Shown piece after piece: positions 19,149-29,865 of a stretch of 64,000 nt of DNA (position 1 is its first letter; each line of letters begins with the position of its first letter). Origin of the DNA: Rhodospirillales bacterium (GTDB lineage: Bacteria > Pseudomonadota > Alphaproteobacteria > Rhodospirillales > Casp-alpha2); the NCBI GenBank assembly GCA_023145215.1, contig JAGLED010000010.1:13808-77807 (forward strand), written 5' to 3'. The notes beneath the pieces are model-generated. The model worked only from the letters and a program-made list of their open reading frames with translations, did not search any database and was not told the DNA's origin. Both the position numbers and the translations under genes were made by a program.

Positions 19149-19233
19149 GGCATGCAGCTACCGACCTATTGTTTTATCTTTGACTGCAGATAATGCGTCA
19201 CCGGTCAGGGCATCGTTCCCGGAGGAAACCAAT

Positions 19234-20322
19234 ATGAGTTCGAACACGTTCAAGATCGCCGTTATGCCCGGCGATGGCATCGGCATCGAGGTGATGGACG
19301 CCTGCATCGAAGTGCTGAACGCTGCGACGAAAAAAGTCGGCGGGCCCGGACTTGATCTACAGCATGTGAACGGTGGCGCCGCGTACTATCGCGATCACGG
19401 GACGGACCTTCCGGATGAGAGTTTCGAAGCGGCAAGAAACGCGGATGCGATCCTGTTCGGTGCGATGGGACTGCCCGACGTCCGCAAGGTCGATGGAACG
19501 GAAATCAATCCGCAACTCGATCTTCGTTTCGGACTGGAGCTTTATGCCGGCGTTCGTCCCGTCCGCGTTTTGCCAGGCGCACCGACGCCACTGGGCGATC
19601 CGCGCGCCCAGGAAATCGATCTGGTGCTGATCCGTGAAAATACCGAGGGGCTGTTCGCGGACATTCGTAAACCGCGCACCGAAAGCACCGAGCAGGCCGA
19701 AGACCGCTGCCTGATCACGCGTAAGGGAACGGAGCGGGTCGTCGAATACGCTTTCAAGCTCGCGGCCTCGCGCCCACGGACACGTACCGATGCCAGGCGC
19801 GTGACCTGTGTCGATAAAGCAAACGTCCTTCATTCGATGGCCTTCTTTCGTTCGGTCTTCGATGACGTTAAGGCACGTCACCCCGACGTCGACGCGGATT
19901 ACGGTTACGTGGATGCGATGGCGCTCAATCTGGTGAAGCGTCCATGGGACTACGACGTCATGGTGATGGAGAATCTCCTCGGCGACATCCTCTCCGATCT
20001 CACGGCCGGGATCGTCGGCGGGCTGGGGATGGCGCCGTCGGGCGACATCGGCGATGCGCACGGCCTGTTCCAACCATCGCACGGCAGCGCGCCGGACATT
20101 GCGGGTAAGGGCCTCGCCAATCCGGTCGCCATGTTCCTTTCCGCATCGATGATGCTGACATGGCTTGGCACGGGTCATGGGGAAGACCAGTGTCTCGAGG
20201 CGGGCGCACTGATCGAGAAGGCGGTCGCCGACGCGTTCGTCAACGCGGCGCTAAAGCCTTCCGAGTTCGGCGGCCCACATGGGACTGCCGACATCACCAA
20301 GGCGGTATTGAACGAAATTTAA
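19234..20322 (+). CDS. isocitrate/isopropylmalate (tartrate) dehydrogenase family protein
   Basis: PGDGIGIEV, RENTEG, VDKANV, ENLLGDILSDL and HGSAPDIAGKG.ANP; GGAGG RBS before ATG 19234. Confidence 0.92.
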   Translation: MSSNTFKIAVMPGDGIGIEVMDACIEVLNAATKKVGGPGLDLQHVNGGAAYYRDHGTDLPDESFEAARNADAILFGAMGLPDVRKVDGTEINPQLDLRFGLELYAGVRPVRVLPGAPTPLGDPRAQEIDLVLIRENTEGLFADIRKPRTESTEQAEDRCLITRKGTERVVEYAFKLAASRPRTRTDARRVTCVDKANVLHSMAFFRSVFDDVKARHPDVDADYGYVDAMALNLVKRPWDYDVMVMENLLGDILSDLTAGIVGGLGMAPSGDIGDAHGLFQPSHGSAPDIAGKGLANPVAMFLSASMMLTWLGTGHGEDQCLEAGALIEKAVADAFVNAALKPSEFGGPHGTADITKAVLNEI

Positions 20323-20441
20323 GCATTCGAATCGTTTGAATAAGTTCGCGGCAATTTCTTTTCAACGCCGCTTCGCCGCATTAAGCTGTTTGTCATAAGG
20401 GCGCAAAAGCGCCGCTGGGCAACTGCAGGGATGGATGGCGG

Positions 20442-21878
20442 GTGAAGAACTCGGACGACAACGAGCCCCCGAAACCTTTCGACGAGATGCTGGAACCGGA
20501 CGGTACGGTTCGCATGGCGTATGCGCAGTATGGCGAATGGCTGCACGGCACCAGCAAGGATACTCTCTTACGCAAGGACGAACAGGCGGACATGATGTTC
20601 CGCCGGCTGGGCATCACGTTCACGGTCTACGGCGATGCTGAATCGACCGAGCGCATGATTCCGTTCGATATCATTCCGCGTATTCTCGATCCGCACGAGT
20701 GGGACTATCTCTCGCGCGGCGCGATACAGCGCGTCGATGCGATCAATGCCTTTCTTGACGACGTCTACCATGACCAGGCGATCCTGAAAGCGGGCCGCAT
20801 TCCGCCGGAGCTCGTTTTGAACAACGATGCGTTCCGCCCGGAGATGCTGGATCTCGATCTGCCGCGCCGGGTATACGGCCACATCGCAGGGGTCGATCTG
20901 GTGCGAACCGGGCCGCGCGACTTCTATGTGCTGGAAGACAACGTACGCACGCCGTCCGGCGTTTCGTACATGCTGGAAAACCGTCAGACCATGATGCGGC
21001 TTTTCCCGGAATTGTTCGCGACCAACCATGTCGCGCCGGTGGGGCGCTATCCAACGGAATTACGCAACAACTTGAAGTCGGTCGCACCGGTCGGGGTCGA
21101 TGATCCGACGATCGTGCTTTTGACGCCGGGCCGATTCAACAGTGCTTATTTCGAGCACGCCTTTCTGGCCACCGAAATGGGTGTTCGACTCGTCGAAGGA
21201 CAGGATTTGTTCGTCGATGATGGGTTGGTGTACATGCGAACGACCGAGGGGCCGAAACGTGTCGACGTGATATACCGCCGCATCGACGACGATTTCATCG
21301 ATCCGCTGGCGTTTCAGCCACATTCGATGTTGGGTGTGCCCGGATTGCTGTCGGTGGTCCGGCGCGGGCGCGTGACGCTTGCCAACGCGATCGGTTCCGG
21401 CGTTGCGGACGACAAGGCGATGTACGTCTATGTCCCTGAGATGATCCGCTTCTATCTAGGTGAAGAACCGATCCTTCAGAACGTACCGACATACAGCCTG
21501 CGGAACCCGGACGATTATAAGTACGTGATCGAACATCTGGAAGAACTCGTGGTCAAGGAAGTGCACGGTTCCGGCGGCTACGGCATGCTGGTTGGGCCGA
21601 AGAGCACGAAAGCCGAGCGCGAAGCCTATGCGCAACGCCTCAAGGCGGAGCCAGAAGCGTTCATCGCGCAACCAACGCTCTCGCTTTCGACTTGCCCGAC
21701 GTGGGTAGAGGAAGGGGTCGCGCCGCGCCACGTCGACCTGCGCCCGTTCGTGCTTTCGGGGCGTCGAACGACCGTGATGCCGGGCGGGCTGACGCGCGTC
21801 GCCCTCAAAGAAGGATCGTTGGTCGTCAATTCATCGCAAGGTGGCGGCACCAAGGACACATGGGTGCTTGAACGATGA
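20442..21878 (+). CDS. circularly permuted type 2 ATP-grasp protein
   Basis: GITFTVY, PFDIIPR, LEDNVRTPSGVSY, NSAYFEH, PRHVDLRPF and VVNSSQGGGTKDTWV. Confidence 0.94.
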   Translation: MKNSDDNEPPKPFDEMLEPDGTVRMAYAQYGEWLHGTSKDTLLRKDEQADMMFRRLGITFTVYGDAESTERMIPFDIIPRILDPHEWDYLSRGAIQRVDAINAFLDDVYHDQAILKAGRIPPELVLNNDAFRPEMLDLDLPRRVYGHIAGVDLVRTGPRDFYVLEDNVRTPSGVSYMLENRQTMMRLFPELFATNHVAPVGRYPTELRNNLKSVAPVGVDDPTIVLLTPGRFNSAYFEHAFLATEMGVRLVEGQDLFVDDGLVYMRTTEGPKRVDVIYRRIDDDFIDPLAFQPHSMLGVPGLLSVVRRGRVTLANAIGSGVADDKAMYVYVPEMIRFYLGEEPILQNVPTYSLRNPDDYKYVIEHLEELVVKEVHGSGGYGMLVGPKSTKAEREAYAQRLKAEPEAFIAQPTLSLSTCPTWVEEGVAPRHVDLRPFVLSGRRTTVMPGGLTRVALKEGSLVVNSSQGGGTKDTWVLER

Positions 21879-22813
21879 CGGGGATGCTGAGCCGGACCGC
21901 GGACAATCTTTACTGGCTCGGCCGGTACGTCGAGCGCGCGGAAAATGCGGCACGTCTGATCGACGGCACTTACCATCTGAGCCTGCTGCCAATTACACCC
22001 GAAGAACATGGCGAACTATGGCGCCGTCTGTTCCAAAGCAACGAAGAGCTTGAACTATTTCAGAATAAGCATCCGGGCTTTGACGATGATTCAGTTGTCG
22101 AGCATATGGTGCTCGATCCGGAAAACCCGTCCAGTATCGTCTCCTGCATGGATGCGGCGCGCGACAACACCCGTGCCGCTCGCGCGGAACTGACGACCGA
22201 AATTTCGCAGTGCATGAATCAGACCTGGATGGATATTCGCGGCATCAACATGGACAAGATTCACGAGCGCGGCATTCAGGATTTCCTCGACCTGATCAAA
22301 GAACGCGCGCACCTGTTCCAGGGCGTGATCTACGGCACCATGCGTCGGGGCGAGCCTTTTCTGTTCTGGGAAATGGGAACGGCGCTGGAACGCGCCGAAA
22401 ACACGTCTCGGCTGATCCTCGCACGTTCCAACTCATTCCACCGCGCACACCGTCGCGACGACGGGTTCGATTTCTATCGCTGGGGCACGTTTCTGCGCTC
22501 TGCCAACGCGTACAGCGCCTACCGCCAGATCTATGGTGATATCGACCCGGTTTCCGTAGCCGAAATGCTGATCCTCAATACCACGATTCCACGCTCTCTG
22601 CTGGCATGCATCGAGGACACCACGGATATCCTGAAAACACTCCGGCGTGAAGCGCAGTGCGCCGAGATGTCCGAACGTCTGGCAGCGGAAGTCCGCTCTA
22701 TGCGGCTCGACCAGGTGCTGCGTTCGGGACTTGAGAACTTCCTGCACGATTTCCGCAACCAGGTGCACGCGCTCAGTGACCAGATTCGCGCCGACTTCAT
22801 GATGGTCAGGTAG
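21875..22813 (+). CDS. alpha-E domain protein (DUF403)
   Basis: MLSRTADNLYWLGRYVERAEN, NPSSI and a second ER motif (LERAENTSR). Confidence 0.92.
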   Translation: MTGMLSRTADNLYWLGRYVERAENAARLIDGTYHLSLLPITPEEHGELWRRLFQSNEELELFQNKHPGFDDDSVVEHMVLDPENPSSIVSCMDAARDNTRAARAELTTEISQCMNQTWMDIRGINMDKIHERGIQDFLDLIKERAHLFQGVIYGTMRRGEPFLFWEMGTALERAENTSRLILARSNSFHRAHRRDDGFDFYRWGTFLRSANAYSAYRQIYGDIDPVSVAEMLILNTTIPRSLLACIEDTTDILKTLRREAQCAEMSERLAAEVRSMRLDQVLRSGLENFLHDFRNQVHALSDQIRADFMMVR

Positions 22814-22823
22814 GGATAAACGC

Positions 22824-23630
22824 ATGCGCCTCACGATCGCTCATGAAACGTTCTATAAGTTCGAGGAACCGGCCAAACACTCGATCCAGTATTTACGAAT
22901 GACGCCCGGGTCCAGTGCGTGCCAGCAGGTCTTATCGTGGTCCGTCTCGACGCAGGGGACGTTGACGCCTTGGATCGACGGTTTCGGGAACAGCGTGCAT
23001 GTCTCAACCATCGACAACGAACACGATGAAATCAAAGTAGTTGTAGAAGGGGTCGTGGATACCTTCGACACCTCCGGCGTTCTGGCGTCGCGTGACGGCC
23101 TGCCGCCACAACTGTTTCTGCGCGACACGCCGTTCACGGAAATCGGTGAGGCCACGCTGGCGCTCGCGGAAGAGGTCAAAGAGAGCATCGCGAGCGATAC
23201 TCTTTCTGGTCTGCATAACCTGACCAATCTGATTGCGGATAAAGTGACGTACTTATCCGGGGCGACAACCGTCGAAACCTCGGCGGAGGAGGCTGTGGTG
23301 GCCGGGTCCGGGGTTTGCCAGGATCATGCTCACATCTTCCTGACCTGTGCGCGCTGGTGCGGGATTCCGTCGCGCTATGTCAGCGGTTATTTATTGGCCG
23401 GGCAGGGCAACGACAGCCATGTCGCATCACATGCCTGGGCGGAATCCTACCTTCCGGGGCTCGGCTGGGTCAGTTTCGACCCAACCAACCGCCAGTCCGC
23501 GACCGAGGAATACGTCCGCCTTGCCATCGGCTTCGATTACATGGGCGCCGCACCGGTCCGGGGCTCGCGCCTGGGGGGCGGGGTCGAGGAAATGTCGGTC
23601 AAGGTCCAGGTCGAACAAACCCAAAACTGA
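22824..23630 (+). CDS. transglutaminase family protein
   Basis: GVCQDHAH (catalytic Cys), RYVSGY, SHAWAE and GWVSFDPTN. Confidence 0.93.
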   Translation: MRLTIAHETFYKFEEPAKHSIQYLRMTPGSSACQQVLSWSVSTQGTLTPWIDGFGNSVHVSTIDNEHDEIKVVVEGVVDTFDTSGVLASRDGLPPQLFLRDTPFTEIGEATLALAEEVKESIASDTLSGLHNLTNLIADKVTYLSGATTVETSAEEAVVAGSGVCQDHAHIFLTCARWCGIPSRYVSGYLLAGQGNDSHVASHAWAESYLPGLGWVSFDPTNRQSATEEYVRLAIGFDYMGAAPVRGSRLGGGVEEMSVKVQVEQTQN

Positions 23631-23749
23631 CGCCGGTTTCCCCTCGTTTTTTGCATGCCGGGTCTGCGTTTTGCGACCGCGAAAAGAACTTGATCCAAAA
23701 CGCGATTCATGGCCAAAGATACGGTCTTGTTTTCATCCGAGGGTGAAAG

Positions 23750-24496
23750 ATGACCTACTGCCTGGGTATCCGCTTGAACGACGGCATTGTGTTCGCGGCC
23801 GATTCCCGTACCAACGCCGGCGTCGACAATATTTCCATGTTCCGCAAGCTTTTCGTGTTCGAAAAGCCGGGCGAACGGGCGATCTGCGTGTTGACCGCAG
23901 GTAACCTGGCGATCACGCAGGCCGTCATTTCGCAGCTTGAGGAAGGGTTGGATGACGGGTCGGAAGAGAACAACATCTATAACGTGCCGTCGCTGTCGGA
24001 AGCCGCGAAGATGGTGGGCCACGCGCTCCGGAACGTGCGAGCCCGCGACGACGAATACCTAAAATCCGAAGCCGCGGACACGTCCGCGACCTTCATCGTC
24101 GGGGGACAGATCAAGGCCCGCCGGATGCGCCTGTTTTTGGTCTATTCGGCCGGGAACTATATCGAGGCCACCGACGACACCCCTTACATGCAGATCGGCG
24201 AGTCGAAATACGGCAAACCGATCCTGGAACGCGTCGTCACGCCGGAAATGGAACTATCTCAAGCCGCGAAATGCGCACTCGTCTCCATCGACAGTACGAT
24301 CCGCTCCAACGTCGCCGTGGCGCCACCGATCGACATGGTGATTATCCGCGCCGACGAATGTAAAATCGGGATGATGCACCGGATCAAGGCGGATGAGCCG
24401 TATTACACCGATCTTTCCAAAAACTGGGGCGAGGGCCTCAGGCATTTGTTCGACAGCCTGCCGACGCCGTCGTGGCTGACGGAGAAGGATTCCTAA
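23750..24496 (+). CDS. Anbu proteasome-type (Ntn-hydrolase) protease
   Basis: N-terminal MTYC (Thr1), DSRTNAGVD, GNLAITQ, QIGESKYGKPIL and SIDSTIRSN. Confidence 0.93.
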   Translation: MTYCLGIRLNDGIVFAADSRTNAGVDNISMFRKLFVFEKPGERAICVLTAGNLAITQAVISQLEEGLDDGSEENNIYNVPSLSEAAKMVGHALRNVRARDDEYLKSEAADTSATFIVGGQIKARRMRLFLVYSAGNYIEATDDTPYMQIGESKYGKPILERVVTPEMELSQAAKCALVSIDSTIRSNVAVAPPIDMVIIRADECKIGMMHRIKADEPYYTDLSKNWGEGLRHLFDSLPTPSWLTEKDS

Positions 24497-24516
24497 GCCT
24501 TTTTGCCCGCAGGGGG

Positions 24517-26208
24517 TTAGGCGATCAGCGTAACAATCAGGAACAGGAACAGGATGCTGAGAACGATCAGCGCCATGGTTCCGGCCTGCATGGTTTTCGA
24601 AATCGGTGCGCCGTCACCGTGTTGGCGTTCGATCATCGCCGTAAGATCGCCGAGTACGGTAAGGGCCTCCTCGCGGATCATCCGGTCAACCTTACGGATG
24701 ACACTCCCGCCCCACCCAAGCACGCACGGAAATAGCTTCCTGTAGAACCAGTCGGTATCCAGGTTGGTGGATTTCAGTTCCGGCGGGTAGATCTTGTAGA
24801 GCATCAACACCGTGAACGCGAGCGCCGAGAACATCAGCAACTGTAGCTGGGTGATAACGTGCGCGGTCGTATACGGCACGTAATCGACCGGGAACGGCAG
24901 GATGTCGTAAAGCGCCTTGGGATAGACCCCGATAAAGATACACAGGAACGCCGTCAGGCCCATCGCCAACAGCATATTCCAGGGCGCTTCCTTGACCCGT
25001 TTGCCGCTGTCGTGCGCGAAGAAGGCGAAGTAGGGGATCTTGATGCCAGAATGGTGGAACACGCCCGCCGATGCGAACAGCAAAACGCCCCACACGAACC
25101 AACGATGGTCCGCCGCCGCCGCGGTCATGATCATGGATTTCGACACAAAGCCCGAAAATAACGGGAACGCCGAAATCGACGCCGCCCCGACGATACAGAA
25201 ACCGGTCGTCCAAGGCATGGATTTATATAGCCCGCCGAGTTCGGAGCCCTTGCACGTGCCGGTGCGGAAAAGGACTGCACCCATGGACATGAAAAGCAGC
25301 GCTTTATAGAGGATGTGGCTGAACGCGTGCGACGCGGTCCCGTTCAGAGACAATTCCGTGCCGATGCCGATCCCGACGACCATGAACCCGAGCTGGTTGT
25401 TGAGGGAATACGCCAGAACCCGTCTGAGGTCGTTCTCGATCACAGCGTAGAAAATCGGGAACGCCGTCATCGTCGCGCCGACGTAGATCAGTACCTCTGT
25501 CCCGGCGAAACCGCGCGCGAGCGCGTATACGGCCAGCTTGGTGGTGAAGGCGCTGAGCACGACTGTTCCGGTCACGGTCGCTTCGGGGTAGGCGTCCTGC
25601 AGCCAGTTGTGCAGGAGCGGGAAAGCGCACTTGATCCCGAAAGCGATGAAGATCAGGTTGCCCGCCAGCGTGCCGATGCCGATCTTGCCGAAATCGATGG
25701 AGCCGGTTTTCGCATACCACAGAAGCACACCCGCCAGCAGAATAACGCCCGAACCGACCTGGATCAGCAGGTAGCGCATGCCGGTCTTGTAGGCACGCTC
25801 GGTCCGGCTGGCCCAAATCAGGAACACCGACGAAATGGCGGTCAATTCCCAGTAGACGAACAGTGTCACCAGATCGCCGGCGAACACGGCACCGATCGCC
25901 GCCCCGGCGTAAATCGGCGCCGAGACCTGCTGCATCGTGTCCTTGTCATGCCATGCAAACAGCATCGAGAGGAAGGCCGCGATATTGAAGATATAGCCCC
26001 ACACCCGCGACAGACCATCGACGCGCAATACCTCGAGAGTCATGCCGAGCATATCCATCGTGACCGACGTGCCGTCGGCGAGGGTATGCACCTGAATAAA
26101 CCCGACGACCGGAAGTGCCAGCAGGTACCAGCGGCGCAAGGTTTGCGGCAGCAGCGGTACGAGAACCGCGCCGATAACGAGGATCAGACCTGGGTTGATA
26201 CTACTCAT
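24517..26208 (-). CDS. Mrp Na+/H+ antiporter MrpA/MrpD-type (NuoL/N-like) subunit
   Basis: Polytopic membrane protein with YWE, IKCAFPLLHNWLQDAYP and H.LYKALLFM. Confidence 0.88.
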   Translation of the reverse strand: MSSINPGLILVIGAVLVPLLPQTLRRWYLLALPVVGFIQVHTLADGTSVTMDMLGMTLEVLRVDGLSRVWGYIFNIAAFLSMLFAWHDKDTMQQVSAPIYAGAAIGAVFAGDLVTLFVYWELTAISSVFLIWASRTERAYKTGMRYLLIQVGSGVILLAGVLLWYAKTGSIDFGKIGIGTLAGNLIFIAFGIKCAFPLLHNWLQDAYPEATVTGTVVLSAFTTKLAVYALARGFAGTEVLIYVGATMTAFPIFYAVIENDLRRVLAYSLNNQLGFMVVGIGIGTELSLNGTASHAFSHILYKALLFMSMGAVLFRTGTCKGSELGGLYKSMPWTTGFCIVGAASISAFPLFSGFVSKSMIMTAAAADHRWFVWGVLLFASAGVFHHSGIKIPYFAFFAHDSGKRVKEAPWNMLLAMGLTAFLCIFIGVYPKALYDILPFPVDYVPYTTAHVITQLQLLMFSALAFTVLMLYKIYPPELKSTNLDTDWFYRKLFPCVLGWGGSVIRKVDRMIREEALTVLGDLTAMIERQHGDGAPISKTMQAGTMALIVLSILFLFLIVTLIA

Positions 26209-26476
26209 TTTTGTCGTAGTACTCCTCGTCGCGCATCAGGAAAACGCGCATCAGCTTGGCCGCGAGGACAAGGCCGACACACATGACGAAACCGTAGATG
26301 GCGTAGAAACCGAACCATTCTTCCGCCGCGAAATGCGGATGCTTATGATAGAAGGCATCGGCGGCAAACAGCCCGGCACAGACCACGAACAGCGCAATGA
26401 TGACCTTGCGCACGTTTTTCGGATCGTCCAGCCAGTACTTTTTCGGGTCGTGTACGTTGGGGGTGTGCTCGCTCAT
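26201..26476 (-). CDS. small 2-TM accessory protein in the Mrp operon
   Basis: GGAGG RBS; MSEHTP...WLDDPKNV...GFYAIYGF...LMRDEEYY; tightly coupled to both neighbours. Confidence 0.75.
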   Translation of the reverse strand: MSEHTPNVHDPKKYWLDDPKNVRKVIIALFVVCAGLFAADAFYHKHPHFAAEEWFGFYAIYGFVMCVGLVLAAKLMRVFLMRDEEYYDKNE

Positions 26477-26477
26477 A

Positions 26478-28019
26478 TCAGCCTCCGAAAACCGGTTCGA
26501 GGAACAGGCGGATACGGTCCGCATAGAAGAACAACACAAAGCATCCGACCGTCGTCAGCACAATCGGCGCCAGGCACATCACGGGTGCTTCGGCCACACC
26601 GGGACGGCCGAACGTCAGGTGACGCAGCATCGGATGATCGGGCGGCGCGTGATGTGCGTGGTCGTCGTGATCGTGGGCATGATGTGCTTCCGGCTTTTCC
26701 TTGCCGAAGAACCCGTAAAGAACGACCGGCATCAGATACGCGATGTTCAGGAGCGACGAGATCATCAGGACTGCGATAAAGATTACCTGATCCGTCTCCG
26801 CCGCCGCCAGAGCCAGATACCATTTCGACCAGGTGCCGCCCAGCGGGGGCAGTCCGATAATCGATAGCGATGCAATGAAGAAACAGAAGAACGTCACCGG
26901 CATCTTGCGGCCCAGACCGCGCATGTCGGAAATCTCGGTCTTATGGGCGAAGACAATGATTGCCCCGGCACAGAAGAACAGCGTGATCTTGCCGAACGCG
27001 TGCATGACGATGTGCAACGTCGAACCGAGCGCACCGATATTGGTCGCCAGCATGGCGCCGAGGACGATGTAGCTGAGCTGCGAGATCGTCGAATAGGCCA
27101 GCCGCGCTTTCAGATTGTCCTTGGTCATTGCGACCAGCGAGGCGAGCAGGATCGTCGCGCCCGCGACATAGGCCAGCCAGGTCGATGCCCCGGTGCTTTG
27201 CAGCGTATCGAGCCCGAAGATATAGACGCTTACCTTGACGACGGAGAACACGCCCGCCTTGACGACCGCGACCGCGTGCAGCAATGCCGAAACCGGGGTC
27301 GGCGCGACCATTGCCGCCGGTAACCAGCGGTGGAACGGCATCAACGCCGCCTTGCCGATACCGTAGATATAAAGCCCGAAAAGCACCGCGATGACGCCCG
27401 CCGGCGCGTTCCCGGCGAGAATACCGCCTTCTCGGAAGTCCAGTGTCCCGACCTCAACATAGGTCCAGATGACCGCCGTCAGCAGGAAGGTGATCGACGT
27501 GCCGATCAGGATTCCCAGATAAACCCGGCCCGCCCGGCGCGCTTCGTCGGTCCCGGAATGCGCGACCAGGGGGAATGTGGAGATCGTCAGCACTTCGTAA
27601 AACACGAACAACGTCAGCATGTTGCCCGCGTACGCGATGCCGATCGCCGACATGATGGCGATGGCGAAGCAGAAGAAAAACCGCGTCTGGTTTGATTCGT
27701 GGTGACCGCGCATATAGCCGAACGCATAGAACGAGGTCACGATCCACAGGAAGCTGGCAATTCCGGCGAAGATCATACCGAGCGGCTCCAGGGTAAACGT
27801 GATCGACAGCCCGGGCAGCATTTCGACCAACGATATGCTTGGCCGCTCGCCGACGTCGACGAGCTGGATCAAATGCCAGACAACACCGAACAGGACAACG
27901 GCGGTGACCACCGTCAGACCGTCGCGGACGTTCGCGGACGCAGGACCCGCAAACAGAATCAGCAACGCGCCGATGAACGGAATGGCAAGCGATAGCAGGA
28001 TCAGGGTTTCGGGGCTCAT
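26478..28019 (-). CDS. mrpD: Mrp antiporter subunit D-family protein
   Basis: FYEVLT, KAALMPFHRWLPAAMVAPTPVSALLHAVAVVKAG, LAYSTISQLSY and HAFGK. Confidence 0.88.
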   Translation of the reverse strand: MSPETLILLSLAIPFIGALLILFAGPASANVRDGLTVVTAVVLFGVVWHLIQLVDVGERPSISLVEMLPGLSITFTLEPLGMIFAGIASFLWIVTSFYAFGYMRGHHESNQTRFFFCFAIAIMSAIGIAYAGNMLTLFVFYEVLTISTFPLVAHSGTDEARRAGRVYLGILIGTSITFLLTAVIWTYVEVGTLDFREGGILAGNAPAGVIAVLFGLYIYGIGKAALMPFHRWLPAAMVAPTPVSALLHAVAVVKAGVFSVVKVSVYIFGLDTLQSTGASTWLAYVAGATILLASLVAMTKDNLKARLAYSTISQLSYIVLGAMLATNIGALGSTLHIVMHAFGKITLFFCAGAIIVFAHKTEISDMRGLGRKMPVTFFCFFIASLSIIGLPPLGGTWSKWYLALAAAETDQVIFIAVLMISSLLNIAYLMPVVLYGFFGKEKPEAHHAHDHDDHAHHAPPDHPMLRHLTFGRPGVAEAPVMCLAPIVLTTVGCFVLFFYADRIRLFLEPVFGG

Positions 28020-29503
28020 TTCGAACCTCCGAGCAGGGTCTGCGCCGCGCTCATCGCGACATCACCGGTAAAGGTCGCGTCGATGCCGAACCAGAACGCC
28101 GCGCCCAGCAGGATATAGGTGGGTACGAGCAAGCTCATCGGGGCTTCGGTGCGGGTTTCGCAGCCGATGGCAGGGCTTCTGAAGTACATCACCTCGACCA
28201 CACGCCAGACATAGATCACGGCCAACAGGCTCGACAGCATGATCAACAGCGCCACCGGCCACATCCCTGCGGCAAGCGCACCTTCTACCAGGTAGAACTT
28301 GGAAATGAAACCGACGGTCAAAGGCACCCCGATCAGCGAGAAACCGCCCGCGACAATAGCCGCCGCTGTCAGCGGCATGCGCTTACCGAGACCGGCCATG
28401 TCTTCCAGTTTCACCGAGCCGATGACGTAGAACACGCAACCGAGCGCCATGAACAGCGCGCCCTTCATCAGGGCGTGGTTAAACATGTGAATGATCCCAC
28501 CGGCCATGGCCGGGGCATTGCCGATCGAGATACCGAGGATCATGTAACCGACTTGCGCGACGCTCGAATACGCGAGCAGGCGTTTGACGTTCGACTGGTA
28601 GATCGCGATCAGCGAGCCCGCGAACATGCCGGCAATGGCCAGAACCATGACGGCAGCGCGCACCCCGTAGGTTTCAAGCGGGTCGATGTCGCCGAAGACG
28701 GTAAAGATCAGGCGGATCAGGGCATAGACGGCAACCTTGGTCGCGGTCGCGGCGAGGAACGCCGTCACCGCGGATGGCGCGAAGGTATAAGCGTTCGGCA
28801 ACCAGACATGCAGCGGGAACAACGCCAGCTTGAGGCCGAAGCCAACCACGATGAAGGCAAGCGCAACGTGGACGGTGCCAGTGTTCTGGACCGCCGGCAA
28901 AAGGCTCGCGAGATCCGTCATGTTGAGCGAGCCCGTCATCATGTAAATCATGCCGAGACCGATCACGTAGAACGTCGCCCCGACGGTCCCAAGGATCAGA
29001 TATCTGAGTGCCGCGGTCAGTGCCCGTCGGTCGTTGCCGAGGGCGATCAACACGTACGTCGCGAGCGACGAGACTTCGAGGAAGACGAACAAATTGAATG
29101 CATCGCCCGTCACCGCCATGCCGATCAGGCCGGCGATACACAGCAGCATCATGCAGTAGGCGAGGTAATGGCGTTCCTTGGGGATTTCACGCTCAATGCT
29201 CTCTTTCGCATAGGGCATGACGATGGCGGCGATGGCGGAGACGATCAGGACCACCAGCGCGCCAACTTCATCGATGTGATAAACGATGCCCCACGGACCT
29301 TCCCAGCCGCCGAGATCGTAAACGATGGTGCCGTTCGCGAGCACCTGCTGCATCAGCAAAATGGACAGGCCGAAATTGGCAAGGCAGACCAACGTCGCCC
29401 ATCCCCAGGATACCGCGCCGTGGCGGACGATGACACACAAGGGGGCGGCCATCAGCGGGACGATCACCACCAGAACGGAAATATGCTCGGCGATGAAACT
29501 CAC
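28016..29503 (-). CDS. mrpD: Mrp antiporter subunit D
   Basis: GDAFNLFVFLE, KLALFPLHVWLP.AY, KRLLAYSSVAQ and HALMKG. Confidence 0.9.
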   Translation of the reverse strand: MSFIAEHISVLVVIVPLMAAPLCVIVRHGAVSWGWATLVCLANFGLSILLMQQVLANGTIVYDLGGWEGPWGIVYHIDEVGALVVLIVSAIAAIVMPYAKESIEREIPKERHYLAYCMMLLCIAGLIGMAVTGDAFNLFVFLEVSSLATYVLIALGNDRRALTAALRYLILGTVGATFYVIGLGMIYMMTGSLNMTDLASLLPAVQNTGTVHVALAFIVVGFGLKLALFPLHVWLPNAYTFAPSAVTAFLAATATKVAVYALIRLIFTVFGDIDPLETYGVRAAVMVLAIAGMFAGSLIAIYQSNVKRLLAYSSVAQVGYMILGISIGNAPAMAGGIIHMFNHALMKGALFMALGCVFYVIGSVKLEDMAGLGKRMPLTAAAIVAGGFSLIGVPLTVGFISKFYLVEGALAAGMWPVALLIMLSSLLAVIYVWRVVEVMYFRSPAIGCETRTEAPMSLLVPTYILLGAAFWFGIDATFTGDVAMSAAQTLLGGSK

Positions 29504-29865
29504 CCGTCCTGCTCCTCTTGTTCGCGCACTTCATCGTCTTCGATGGTGCCGAAGCTTTCCTGCACGCGAACGACCAGAGCGAGCCCCAGCGCCGTCGTCG
29601 CGACACCGACGACAATTGCCGTAAGGATCAGCACGTGGGGCAGGGGGTTCGAATATACCTCGATCCCATCGGCCAGGATCGGCGCCGTGCCGCCCTTGAT
29701 CTTGGCCATCGATATGTAAAACACGAAAACGGAGACTTGAAAGACGTTGAGCCCGACGATCTTCTTGATCAGATTCTCGTGACCGATGACGATATAGAGC
29801 CCGATCATCATCAGCAGGAAGACGATCCAGTAGTTCAAAAGGCCGGGGAATTCATACTCAATCAT
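29500..29865 (-). CDS. mrpC: Mrp antiporter subunit C
   Basis: NPLPHVLILTAIVVGVA signature. Confidence 0.92.
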   Translation of the reverse strand: MIEYEFPGLLNYWIVFLLMMIGLYIVIGHENLIKKIVGLNVFQVSVFVFYISMAKIKGGTAPILADGIEVYSNPLPHVLILTAIVVGVATTALGLALVVRVQESFGTIEDDEVREQEEQDG

